A DNA stretch of 64,000 nucleotides, from positions 64,001 to 128,000 of the forward strand of contig JBFWWG010000006.1 of the NCBI GenBank assembly GCA_050246315.1. The letters are read 5' to 3'. Source of the DNA: Nitrospiraceae bacterium. GTDB lineage: Bacteria > Nitrospirota > Nitrospiria > Nitrospirales > Nitrospiraceae. Each line of letters opens with the position of its first letter. Position 1 is the first letter of the stretch. Below are positions 10,265-19,404 of this stretch, piece after piece. Below the pieces are notes generated by a model, which did not search any database, had not been told where the DNA came from, and worked only from the letters and a program-made list of their open reading frames with translations. The translations under genes and the position numbers were made by a program.

Positions 10265-10636
10265 TCATAAGTCAATACTCATGTCTGACCCCAATAGATG
10301 ACCTGACCCCAATAGATGACCCCAATAGAGTGACCCCAATAGATGCGGTTGAACGAACTGATGGACGGTGAAGCGGCGTACAGTCTCCCGCGTGTTCGGT
10401 GCATACTCTTTGCCGAACTGGTCGCGAAACACATTCATCATCTCCGTGATGCCGAGCATCGGATCGGTCGCAGCCGACCACGACTTCCGCGGGGTCATGC
10501 CGAGGAGTGCGAGTAGAACGAGAGCGGAACGCTCGTTCTGCTGTTCTCTCGGGACGTTCAACGAGGCGAGTACCTTGTGTGCTTGGTTGATACGCCTCGC
10601 TGTCGTACCACGCTTGTTGGCAGGGCGCTTAGCCAC
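10265..10636 (-). pseudogene. Truncated BsuBI/PstI-family restriction endonuclease (N-terminal HTH domain only)
   Basis: QQNERSALVLLALL...GITEMM...YAPNTRETVRRFTVHQFVQ, then sequence derived from the 13-bp repeats and a stop; overlaps the methyltransferase stop by 8 nt. Confidence 0.85.
10286..10343. repeat. Four direct copies of TGACCCCAATAGA
   Basis: Copies at 10286, 10304, 10317, 10331. Confidence 0.9.
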
Positions 10637-12191
10637 CGAAGAGCACCTCATCAACGAGACAATCAAGCTCTTCTTGGCCCGGAAGGGTCGAGCCGATCCG
10701 CCGCCCCAGCACGGTGAGAGCGGAACGGGTGGGGTATGGCAGAGATCGCAGGTCGGACGCGTTCACCTGCGTATGACCGCTAAACTGCCTGAAGTACGTG
10801 TCAACGGGCGACGAGTTCAGGTAGGCTGCGAGCCCCTTGGCAAGGGTTGCAGGCAGTCCAAAACCGCGTTCATGGAAGTAGTTCAGATGGTTCTCGAAGG
10901 CGACTTGCGCAGCGGAGACACGCGTGGGGTCGTAGATGGCAGCGACTATGCGACGACGCTCCTCCTTTGACGAAAACCGCTTGATCAGAACATAGTGCCC
11001 CTCGGAGACGACGAGTTCTCCGGCCCTCGGTCCGAGGGCGAGGGCGTTTGGCTTCCGTGTCTTGCCATTCGGCCACTCCACGTAACCTTGCTTGAAGTGA
11101 CAGGGGTAAATCAGAGGCACTGTGTTCTCCCCCGGCTGGGCACGAAGCAAGTCTCGAGCTCGGAAGTCGACAACCCGCCCGGTTGAAACCGTCAGCCCGA
11201 GATCGGCGAGCGTTCCTCCCAAGCCGCGCAGCTGGTCGCGGGTAAGCTTGCCGTCTTTTTCCGGGGCCACATGAATGACCGCCTGGCGATCGCGTGGATG
11301 AATGAGTTCATTGTGTGCGATCGTTCGCGTGCGCAGTTTTGCACCAGGCTCTGCGCTGGCAGACACAACGACCTGTGGGTTCGCTTCCGTGTTCTTGATG
11401 GCATGGAAAATGATGTTTTCCTGCAGGACCTTGTCATCCCCGAAGGCCTTGTCTCGCGCGTCAAAGAGATGAACGCGGCGAAAACGCATCTCGCGCAGGA
11501 AATGCCGGCGAAATGGCTCAAAGTAGGGACCATTGCAGAAACTCCGTGGAGTAATGGCGACCATCTCTCCGCCGGGAGCCAGCAGGCGCGCGGCAACACC
11601 TACAAAGCCCGCGTACAGGTTGGTGGTTTCCAAGCCGATCGAACGAAGCAGCGAGCGTTCTCGGGACTCCGTCCGAATCTTGCGGTAGGGCGGGTTGAGG
11701 ATGGCGCAGTCGAAACGCTCACTCTCCCCCGTTCCGTAGAGATTGCCAGCAAGACCATGAGCGCCGGCCTCGAGGAAATCTCGGTCCATCAGCCGTGCTT
11801 GAAACGTGATTGCAAAGCTCTCGCATTCGGCCTTGCACTGATCCAGCGTTTGGCGCAGATAGCCGACCAGCAGAGGGTCGATCTCGTAGGCCGTTACGGC
11901 GATGCTGGCGGGGCGCGTGGGGCGCTGGCAGAGCGCCAATACGAGAGCGGCGCACAGGGACCCGGCTCCGGCGCCGGGGTCGAGGACGCGGAACTCGGAC
12001 CTCGAAGAGCGAAACATCTCGGCCATGAAGGCAGCAACGGGGCTAGGTGTGAGAAACTGCCCCAGCTGAGCACGGCTCCGGGGATCCAAGCGCGCCGTGG
12101 CTTCCTTGCGCACGTCATCGAGCGCCGTCAGCAACGATACGCGGCCGCCAGTCGTAGGCACCGCATTCGGGTCCTTGCGTAGGCTGGTCAT
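10629..12191 (-). CDS. Type II N6-adenine DNA methyltransferase (BsuBI/PstI, Eco57I-domain family)
   Basis: LGQFLTP, LDPGAGAG (motif I), NPPY (motif IV), PRSFCNGPYF, STGRVVDFR, ENHLNYFH, FSGHTQVNA. Confidence 0.92.
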   Translation of the reverse strand: MTSLRKDPNAVPTTGGRVSLLTALDDVRKEATARLDPRSRAQLGQFLTPSPVAAFMAEMFRSSRSEFRVLDPGAGAGSLCAALVLALCQRPTRPASIAVTAYEIDPLLVGYLRQTLDQCKAECESFAITFQARLMDRDFLEAGAHGLAGNLYGTGESERFDCAILNPPYRKIRTESRERSLLRSIGLETTNLYAGFVGVAARLLAPGGEMVAITPRSFCNGPYFEPFRRHFLREMRFRRVHLFDARDKAFGDDKVLQENIIFHAIKNTEANPQVVVSASAEPGAKLRTRTIAHNELIHPRDRQAVIHVAPEKDGKLTRDQLRGLGGTLADLGLTVSTGRVVDFRARDLLRAQPGENTVPLIYPCHFKQGYVEWPNGKTRKPNALALGPRAGELVVSEGHYVLIKRFSSKEERRRIVAAIYDPTRVSAAQVAFENHLNYFHERGFGLPATLAKGLAAYLNSSPVDTYFRQFSGHTQVNASDLRSLPYPTRSALTVLGRRIGSTLPGQEELDCLVDEVLFGG

Positions 12192-12564
12192 TCTCACTGC
12201 GAAGATCCCATCCTTGTCCCGCTAACTATTAAGTCTGCTGCGGCCTACCCGTGCCGCATATCACAGTAGACTGAGCACCCCCCTGGAGGGCGAGTCTACT
12301 GACAAATTCAACACGTATTCAAGATTGCATACCGCTTCGCCTACGGGGATAGACTGCAACCTCCGCAGTCTATCCGGCTATCAACCCGCAGTATATTCCG
12401 ACCAATCACGTCGCAGGCGGGCTGCCGGGTTCTCTCCGCTATGTCCGCCTCGATTCAGGGCATGCGTATCATTCATTGTGGTGCTCACGTCCCACGGGCT
12501 TCGCCTGGTCGGTTCGCCAGGAGCCCCTGATACCGACTGGGACTCAACATAGACTCAGGAAGAG

Positions 12565-12696
12565 CTAGTGTTGCGTCCCAGAAGTTCGTTCGTGGTGAGC
12601 CTGTCGAACCATGAACGGAACTCCTTGAAAGTGGGCGCCCTTCGACACGCCCAGTGCGAACGGATAATTACCGGAACTTACGGGACACACCACTAG
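12565..12696. mobile_element. MITE-like element, 132 bp, CTAG ends
   Basis: Left CTAGTGTTGCGTCCCAGAAGTTC vs reverse complement of right CTAGTGGTGTGTCCCGTAAGTTC (19/23); internal palindromic arms; no ORF. Confidence 0.75.
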
Positions 12697-12817
12697 GAGC
12701 CCACGCCTCCACTCGATTTGAAACATTTAGCCCAATTAGTGTAATTGGAGAACTTACCATCTGGTGAAACTATCCAGATCGCGCCGACCAGTCACCCGCT
12801 TGTAAAAAGAGGAGTCC

Positions 12818-13498
12818 ATGCGCGCCGTTTGCCTCCAACATGTCCCCTTTGAAGGACCCGGGGCCTTTGCGGCCTCGCTGAAGCAACGCAATGTTGAGCT
12901 CAGGCCGGTGCTGGTCCCTCGCGACGGCCTCCCGGACAATCCCGGCGATCTGCTGATCGTGATGGGCGGACCGATGTCGGTGAACGATCCCGATCCCTGG
13001 ATCGCAGAGGAGACCGCCTTCATTCGGAGGGCGATGCAGGCGGGAGTGCCTACGCTCGGCGTCTGTCTCGGTAGCCAGTTCATGGCCAAGGCGCTCGGCG
13101 CGACCGTTCAGCCTGGGCATGGCGTCGAAATCGGCATGACAGCGATCCAACTGACGGAAGAGGGCCGGAAAGACCCGGTGTTCGGAGCGCTCCCACCTTC
13201 AATGGACGTCTTTCAATGGCACGGCGAGGGCTACGACTGCCCGCCCGGCGCCGTGACGCTCGCGTCGTCCGAGTTATTCCCGGTGCAGGCGTTCCGTTCC
13301 GATACCCGCGCCTATGGTCTGCTGTTTCACATGGAAATGGATCAGCTCGGTATGGAAGCTCTCTGTCGGGAATGTGCCGACGATGTGACGCGCGGACATC
13401 AGACCGTGGACGAGCTGAGGCGTCGTACGATTCCAGCCCTTCCACACCTTCACCAATGGGCCGATCGGCTCATCGGCCATCTGATCCACTTGTCCTGA
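12818..13498 (+). CDS. Class I glutamine amidotransferase
   Basis: LQHVPFEGPG, MGGPMSV, GVCLGSQ, QWHGE, FHME; SD GAGGAG. Confidence 0.9.
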   Translation: MRAVCLQHVPFEGPGAFAASLKQRNVELRPVLVPRDGLPDNPGDLLIVMGGPMSVNDPDPWIAEETAFIRRAMQAGVPTLGVCLGSQFMAKALGATVQPGHGVEIGMTAIQLTEEGRKDPVFGALPPSMDVFQWHGEGYDCPPGAVTLASSELFPVQAFRSDTRAYGLLFHMEMDQLGMEALCRECADDVTRGHQTVDELRRRTIPALPHLHQWADRLIGHLIHLS

Positions 13499-13549
13499 TC
13501 TACCTGTCTCGTTGATTGCCGCGCCCGTCATCCTGTACCCTATGCTTTT

Positions 13550-13863
13550 TTCACCGGGTCCCACTGCGGATCGGTGCGAGAGAGGAACTACCCCTGATCC
13601 GAAAGTCATCACGCACATGCTCAGGGCGTCACGGCGGGACGGGTGATCGGACGAAGCAGCCCTGGAGCGGCTTCTTCATAAATGAGGGGGGCGGAGTACA
13701 GCCCTGTGCCGGCATCGCGGCCATTGGCCGCGGCCCCACAGGCGCGGGCGTCAACAAGGCATCTGCAGAAGCTGCGAATCGTCAGCGCATTCCAGGGCGT
13801 CTGAGGCCGAGCCCCGTCCGTCGCCGAGAATGCGTCCCAACAGCGCCTGTGCAGTGACAGGCG
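13550..13863 (+). ncRNA. Candidate structured RNA / long 5' leader of dapL (unassigned)
   Basis: Nested complementary segments forming a ~210-nt imperfect rod plus flanking hairpins; promoter-like TTGATT-N18-TACCCT upstream; no family recognised. Confidence 0.4.
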
Positions 13864-13948
13864 GACAAATGAAAATTTCGGATCAGGGCTCGCGAGCTAT
13901 CGATTACACGATCGAACATCTCAGTTGATTTCAGGAAAGGACCAACGC

Positions 13949-15124
13949 ATGGCTGGGTTTCCCATCGAATTTGCCACACGTATCAAGACCTTGCCGCCCT
14001 ATCTATTCGCGGCCATCGACAAGATGAAGCAGGAGGCGATCGCGCGCGGGGTGGATATCATCAATCTCGGCGTCGGTGATCCCGATCTGCCGACCCCCGC
14101 ACCGATCATCGACCGGATGAAGATTGCGGCGGCCGAGCCGCGCAATCATCAGTATCCTTCCTATGAAGGTATGCTGAGCTTTCGCCAGGCCGTGGCCGGT
14201 TGGTACAAGCGGCGCTTCGGGGTTACGATCGATCCGACTGCGGAAGTGCTGACCTTGATCGGCTCCAAGGAAGGCATCGGGCACGTGCCGCTGGCCTTCA
14301 TCGATCCGGGCGACATCGTCCTCGTGCCGAGCCCCGGCTATCCCGTGTACCCGGTCGCCACCGGCTTCGCCGGCGGTACGTCCTACATCATGCCGCTCAA
14401 GAAGGAAAACCGCTTCCTGCCCGATTTGACCGCGATCCCTAAGGACGTAGCTCAGAAGGCAAAGCTGATGTTCCTCAATTCGCCGAACAATCCCACGTCC
14501 GTGGTGGCCGATAAGGACTATTTCAAGCAGGTGGTGGCCTTCGCACAGGAACACCGGATCATCGTCTGCCACGACGCGGCCTATTCGGAGATCTATTACG
14601 ACGGACAACCTCCGGCCAGCTTCCTCGAAGTCGAGGGGGCCAAGGAGGTCGGCGTCGAGTTCCATTCGCTCTCGAAGACCTTCAACATGACCGGCTGGCG
14701 GATCGGCTTCGCCGTCGGAAACAAACAGGTCTTGGCCGGGCTCGGCAAGGTGAAGAGCAACCTCGACTCCGGTGTGTTCCAAGCGGTGCAGGAGGCCGGC
14801 ATCACCGCGCTCGATTCCGGCGACTACCTCGTGGACGGTCTGCGCACAATTTATCAGGAACGGCGGGACGTGTTTGTCCCGGGCCTGCGCCAGATCGGTC
14901 TCGACGTGGAATTGCCGCCCGCGGCCTTCTATGTGTGGATCGGCGTGCCGAAGGGCTATACCTCCGCCTCGTTCACCGCGCACTTGTTGGAAAAGACCGG
15001 CATCGTCAGCACACCGGGCAATGGATTCGGCGAGCCAGGCGAGGGTTACATCCGCATGACGCTCACAACGACCAAGGAGCGACTGGCGGAAGCGTTGGAG
15101 CGGATGCGCAAGACAGGGCTCTGA
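13949..15124 (+). CDS. dapL: LL-diaminopimelate aminotransferase
   Basis: LPPYLFA, LGVGDPD, IGSKEGIGH, PNNPT, DAAYSEI, EFHSLSKTFNMTGWRIG, PGNGFG. Confidence 0.88.
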   Translation: MAGFPIEFATRIKTLPPYLFAAIDKMKQEAIARGVDIINLGVGDPDLPTPAPIIDRMKIAAAEPRNHQYPSYEGMLSFRQAVAGWYKRRFGVTIDPTAEVLTLIGSKEGIGHVPLAFIDPGDIVLVPSPGYPVYPVATGFAGGTSYIMPLKKENRFLPDLTAIPKDVAQKAKLMFLNSPNNPTSVVADKDYFKQVVAFAQEHRIIVCHDAAYSEIYYDGQPPASFLEVEGAKEVGVEFHSLSKTFNMTGWRIGFAVGNKQVLAGLGKVKSNLDSGVFQAVQEAGITALDSGDYLVDGLRTIYQERRDVFVPGLRQIGLDVELPPAAFYVWIGVPKGYTSASFTAHLLEKTGIVSTPGNGFGEPGEGYIRMTLTTTKERLAEALERMRKTGL

Positions 15125-15132
15125 GGAGGACA

Positions 15133-15248
15133 TCATTCGTCGCTTGTCATTCGTCAATCGGTCAGACAGAGAAGACACATTGAGTCTGCTGTTCGAATGA
15201 CGCTTGACGAATGACGCCGGATGTTACCGCTTGACCATTGACGAATGC
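15133..15248. repeat. Inverted 7-bp tandem repeats (TCATTCG-like / CGAATGA-like)
   Basis: tcattcg tcgcttg tcattcg tcaatcg (15133-15160) vs cgaatga cgcttga cgaatga (15194-15214) and cgcttga ccattga cgaatgc (15228-15248). Confidence 0.75.
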
Positions 15249-15251
15249 CCT

Positions 15252-15815
15252 ATGTCGCGTGAAACGGTCTTCATCGGCTTCGGTTCCAATATCGGCGATC
15301 GGGTGGACTACTGCTCACGCGCGGTGACGCTGCTGAGCCTGCTGCCGCATTCAGAATTGACCGGTCTCTCCTCGCTGTACGAAACGGAACCGATTCCCGA
15401 TGGCGGCGATCCGGGAGCCACCTGGGTCATGAACGGGGTCGTGCGACTCGATACGGACATCACGCCGCAGAGCCTGTTGGAGATCTGCCGCGAAATCGAA
15501 TCGGCCCTCGGCCGCGACCAGGACAATCGCAAGGGGCCGCGCACGATCGATCTGGATATCCTGTCGTATGGGACCAGGGCCATCGACAACGCGGGGCTCG
15601 TGATTCCCCACCCCCGGCTCCACCGTCGCCGATTCGTGCTGGTCCCGCTTGCCGAAGTGGCATCCGCGTGGGTCCATCCGGTCCTCGAACGATCGGTCAC
15701 CGAGCTGCTGCAAGCGCTGAACGATCCGTCGGAGGTCCGCAAGCTCGACCCCCAACCGTCCGTCCTCAATAGGCTGCGTCCCGCCTGTGCCCCCTCCTCT
15801 CCCGGCCGTCTCTAA
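15252..15815 (+). CDS. folK: 2-amino-4-hydroxy-6-hydroxymethyldihydropteridine diphosphokinase
   Basis: GFGSNIGD, SSLYETEP, GPRTIDLDIL, PHPRLHRRRFVLVPL. Confidence 0.93.
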   Translation: MSRETVFIGFGSNIGDRVDYCSRAVTLLSLLPHSELTGLSSLYETEPIPDGGDPGATWVMNGVVRLDTDITPQSLLEICREIESALGRDQDNRKGPRTIDLDILSYGTRAIDNAGLVIPHPRLHRRRFVLVPLAEVASAWVHPVLERSVTELLQALNDPSEVRKLDPQPSVLNRLRPACAPSSPGRL

Positions 15816-16708
15816 TGCTGATCCTGCGATCACCGGCAGCCATGACCGCATGGAGTCGGTCGATCCGACGCGAAGGGGCCACCATCGGCTTCGTGCCGAC
15901 GATGGGCGCCCTACACGAAGGCCATCGGGCGCTGATCCGTCGCGCCAGGCTGACCTGCGACGCGGTGGTCGTCAGCATCTTCGTGAACCCCACGCAATTC
16001 GGTCCGAGCGAAGACTATGCCCGGTACCCTCGTCCGTTCAGACAGGATTCACGCCTCTGCCGGGATGAGGGCATCGACCTGCTCTTTGCCCCGAGCGTCG
16101 CGGCCCTCTACCAAGCCGGTTTTCAGACGGTCGTGGCGGTGCCGGAGATCTCGAAACGGTGGGAGGGGGCACTGCGGCCGCAGCATTTCTCGGGCGTGGC
16201 CACGATCGTCGTCAAACTCTTCGGCATCGTCCGGCCGGATGTGGCGATCTTCGGACAGAAGGATTATCAGCAGGTCTGCGTGATCCGCCGGCTGGTCGCC
16301 GACTTGAACTTGGACTCCAAAATTGTCGTCCACCCGACAGTTCGCGAAGCGGACGACCTCGCCCTCAGCTCCCGCAATGCCTACCTCAGCGAGCGGCAAC
16401 GGCGCCTGGCTCCGCTGTTGTACCGCGCCTTACAGGCGGGGGCGGCGGCCATCAAGCGAGGAGTCTCCTCAGGCGCGCTCGTGCGACAGGCAATGGTCCG
16501 GGTGATTCGGAAGGAGCCGCAGATTGCGATCGAGTACCTGACTGTCTGCGATCCTGAGACGCTGGAACCGCTGCATCGAATCGGGCGGAAGGCCGTGCTC
16601 CTAGGAGCGATCAGGGTCGGCGAGGCACCGTCCGCGAAAAGGGCACGAACCGTGCGATTGATCGATAACCTGCTGGTGACTTGCCGCGCAGTACGAAGCG
16701 GAGCGTGA
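15815..16708 (+). CDS. panC: Pantoate--beta-alanine ligase
   Basis: FVPTMGALHEGH, SIFVNPTQF, FGQKDYQQ, LALSSRN, RLIDN. Confidence 0.95.
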   Translation: MLILRSPAAMTAWSRSIRREGATIGFVPTMGALHEGHRALIRRARLTCDAVVVSIFVNPTQFGPSEDYARYPRPFRQDSRLCRDEGIDLLFAPSVAALYQAGFQTVVAVPEISKRWEGALRPQHFSGVATIVVKLFGIVRPDVAIFGQKDYQQVCVIRRLVADLNLDSKIVVHPTVREADDLALSSRNAYLSERQRRLAPLLYRALQAGAAAIKRGVSSGALVRQAMVRVIRKEPQIAIEYLTVCDPETLEPLHRIGRKAVLLGAIRVGEAPSAKRARTVRLIDNLLVTCRAVRSGA

Positions 16709-16721
16709 GTTCTCGCTCCGG

Positions 16722-17234
16722 TCAGGAAGGGGCCGTTTCCGCCGCCAATCCTTGGCTCAGCAGCAGGCCGTGGACGAACTCACTCAGTCTGGTCTTTTGA
16801 TCGCGCTCGATCTCCAAAAATTGAATACCGACCGACCGCTCGCGCACCGACCGGACCATCGCGGTCGAGACGGCAATCCCGGGCCCCCGCTCGGCGGTCT
16901 GGAATTGCAATCCCAGGAATGTCCCGAGCGGCAGCGGGCTTTCCATCCGCACACTGCACCCGTCCATCGAGATATCCGTGACCATCTCCCGCGGACTGAG
17001 TAGATCGGTGACCAGCGTGGCCATGCAGGACGTGGGAAGCCGTTTGTATTGCCGGCGGTCAAAGGCTTGTGTCAGGTCCCGCGCCGCCGGACGGAAGGCC
17101 CGAAACTGTGCGGTACAGAGCTGACACCGAAAGGAATACACCCGCGCCAGTTGCAGAAGCGAATCCGTCATCGTCGCCACATGGATGACCCTCACGAACG
17201 TGGTTCCACACTCGGGGCAATGGGGTTCTTTCAT
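16722..17234 (-). CDS. Zinc-ribbon + PilZ domain protein
   Basis: CPEC and CQLC pairs; RRQYKR and DISMDGC c-di-GMP-binding motifs. Confidence 0.82.
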   Translation of the reverse strand: MKEPHCPECGTTFVRVIHVATMTDSLLQLARVYSFRCQLCTAQFRAFRPAARDLTQAFDRRQYKRLPTSCMATLVTDLLSPREMVTDISMDGCSVRMESPLPLGTFLGLQFQTAERGPGIAVSTAMVRSVRERSVGIQFLEIERDQKTRLSEFVHGLLLSQGLAAETAPS

Positions 17235-17683
17235 GACTCGGTCATCACCCTCGTGGTCCGATGGTCGGCATCATCGCCGAGAACCGCCGTCTCTTCGCGC
17301 CCGGCTCCTTGCCACCCCTGCTCCAACAAAATCGGCTCCAGCGCGGCCTTGGAGTAGGTGGGCGGTTTGACCCACTTGCCGTCCGCCCGCTTATGACCTC
17401 CGATCTTGGTCATGTTCGATCGATGCACCTCGCGAAACACCGGTGCCATATCGACACCGCAGGACACTGCGGTACCGTAGACCACATACAGAAGATCCGC
17501 CAGTTCTTTGGCAATACTCGGCAGATCGCCGGACGCCATCGCGTCGCGCAACTCGGCAAATTCCTCCTCGATCAGCCGCTCGCGCAGGAGACGTGTTGCG
17601 TCGTCCGGCGCCGTCGGCGTCCGTGCCGCCAGGATCTCGAACGTTCGATGAAATTCCTCAACCTGCTTCTGCTCATCGGTCAT
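17231..17683 (-). CDS. MazG-like nucleoside triphosphate pyrophosphohydrolase
   Basis: VEEFHRTF, LIEEEFAEL, KELADLLYV, EVHRSNMTK, DGKWVKP. Confidence 0.85.
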   Translation of the reverse strand: MTDEQKQVEEFHRTFEILAARTPTAPDDATRLLRERLIEEEFAELRDAMASGDLPSIAKELADLLYVVYGTAVSCGVDMAPVFREVHRSNMTKIGGHKRADGKWVKPPTYSKAALEPILLEQGWQGAGREETAVLGDDADHRTTRVMTES

Positions 17684-19088
17684 CGGTCGCTCTCCATTCA
17701 TCCGCCGCCTGTCCACCCGCCACGCGTGGGGCCTGCTCTACCGGCTCGATCGGCGGCACCTCTTTGTCCGTTGCAATGCCCAGGTCTTTGAATTTTCGCG
17801 CGGCCGGCCAGACCCGGCTCTCCAACGACCCGACCGCACGGTTGTAGGCCACAACGCTTTTCCCCAGCGCCGCACCGATCTCGTTGAGATATTGCGCGAG
17901 TACCACCATCCGCTCGTAGAGATCTTTCCCCAAACGCCCGGCTTCCTGCGCATGCGCGGTCAACTGCTCCTCCCGCCAGCCGTATGCGACCGCCCGCAGG
18001 AGGGCCATGAGTGTCGTCGGCGTGGCCAGGACGACGCCCCGGGAGAATCCATCCTCGATGAGGGTCGGGTCCTGTTCGAGGGCTGCGCCGAGGAATTGCT
18101 CGCCGGGCAGGAACAATACGACGAACTCCGGCGCCAGATCGAACTGCGTCCAGTAGGCCTTAAGGCTGAGTTCCTCCAATCGGGACCGTACCTGCGCGGC
18201 ATGTCGGCGCAGCCGGTCCATCCGCCGATCGTCGTTCGTCGCCTCATGGGCTTCGAGATAGGCGCTCAGGACGGCCTTCGCGTCGACAACGACTCGCCGG
18301 CCACCCGGCAACCTCACCACCATATCCGGCCGCGACCGACCGTCCCCTGAGACGACGGTCTCCTGCTCGTAGAAATCGCAATGCGGCACCATACCGGCCA
18401 GTTCCGCGACCCGTCTCAATGTCATCTCTCCCCACCGCCCTCGGACGGTCGGCGTCCGCAAGGCGGTGACGAGTTGCCCCGTTTCTTGTTGCAGTCGCTG
18501 TTGAGACTCGGCCAGCAGCCGCAGATGTTGGTCAAGGCCCCCATAGGCTGCCTGCCGAGACTGTTCCAGTTGCTGTAACTGATCGGCATAACGGTCGAGG
18601 TGGTCGTGGAGCGGTTTGACCAGGTCGTCGATCGCCTGCTGTCGCCGGGACCATTCGCTCTTGGCCTCGACCTGGATGGCTTGAAAGGTCGCTTTGGCGA
18701 GATCGAGAAAGGCCTCGTTATTCCGCTGCAAGGCCGTCCCCGAGAGGGCCTGAAAGGTTTCCGTCAATTCCAGTCGGGCCTGAGCCAAAATGACGCGGTG
18801 TTCTTCCACCCGCTTCAGCGCCTCTTCGCGTCTCGTCTCCGCCGCCACCCTGGCCTGTTGCGATTCGGCAAGCGCCCGACGCAAACCGGCGATCTCATCC
18901 TGGTTCAGCTCGGCTTGCCGCCTCAGCTCGGTGACGACGGTTTCTGCCCGCTGGGCGCGCTCCGCCACCTCCATCACCTGATCGTGGAACCGCCGGCCGA
19001 GACGCGACGCCCCCCACCAGCCCGCGATGAGCGCTCCTACGAGAACCCCGATAGCGGCCCCCGCCGCCAACGCGGTCATGTCGGTCAT
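17673..19088 (-). CDS. rmuC: DNA recombination protein RmuC
   Basis: N-terminal TM, coiled coil, RGRWGEMTL, RPDMVVRLPG, VDAK, PEFVVLFLPGE, LATPTTL. Confidence 0.93.
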   Translation of the reverse strand: MTDMTALAAGAAIGVLVGALIAGWWGASRLGRRFHDQVMEVAERAQRAETVVTELRRQAELNQDEIAGLRRALAESQQARVAAETRREEALKRVEEHRVILAQARLELTETFQALSGTALQRNNEAFLDLAKATFQAIQVEAKSEWSRRQQAIDDLVKPLHDHLDRYADQLQQLEQSRQAAYGGLDQHLRLLAESQQRLQQETGQLVTALRTPTVRGRWGEMTLRRVAELAGMVPHCDFYEQETVVSGDGRSRPDMVVRLPGGRRVVVDAKAVLSAYLEAHEATNDDRRMDRLRRHAAQVRSRLEELSLKAYWTQFDLAPEFVVLFLPGEQFLGAALEQDPTLIEDGFSRGVVLATPTTLMALLRAVAYGWREEQLTAHAQEAGRLGKDLYERMVVLAQYLNEIGAALGKSVVAYNRAVGSLESRVWPAARKFKDLGIATDKEVPPIEPVEQAPRVAGGQAADEWRATDDR

Positions 19089-19269
19089 GTGGACTGGTTC
19101 CTCACGGCGGTACGTACAGTGAAGCGTGCAATACGCAGGAAGGATGATGTGCGAGGTTTTTGGGGAGCTTACGGAAAACGTCTCGGCAGGTCAAGCGGTG
19201 ACGCCGTTCCCTAAGCCATCAGAGCCATTCGCATCTATCGACGGAATGCCGCCTTCGGCAATCGACATG

Positions 19270-19361
19270 CGTCCTCCGTCAAGCGTCAATCGAAGACCGA
19301 TGGAGAGGGCGGAGTGAACTATAGGCCGTTCCTCCAGATTTGACGATTGACGGTTGACGAA
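19270..19361. repeat. Inverted 7-bp tandem repeats (CGTCAAK / TGACGAW)
   Basis: cgtcctc cgtcaag cgtcaat vs tgacgat tgacggt tgacgaa. Confidence 0.7.
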
Positions 19362-19404
19362 TCATGAGTGCCGATCTCCGCGACGAGCGGGCATCGCACG
19401 GTGA

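Noticed and set aside
10286..10343. Possible CRISPR array
   Set aside because: Repeats are 13 bp with 0-5 bp gaps, no spacers and no cas genes
13560..13680. Glycine riboswitch or SRP/6S identity for the dapL leader (GAGAG, CCGAAAG, CTCAGG, GAAGCAGC words)
   Set aside because: The required helices and second-aptamer or GGAA-loop motifs could not be built; left as an unassigned candidate
14003..15178. Long antisense ORFs opposite dapL (and similarly opposite argD, argG, lysA, the methyltransferase and the ATP-grasp gene)
   Set aside because: Shadow frames expected from GC-rich codon usage; no motifs, and the opposite strand carries clear genes
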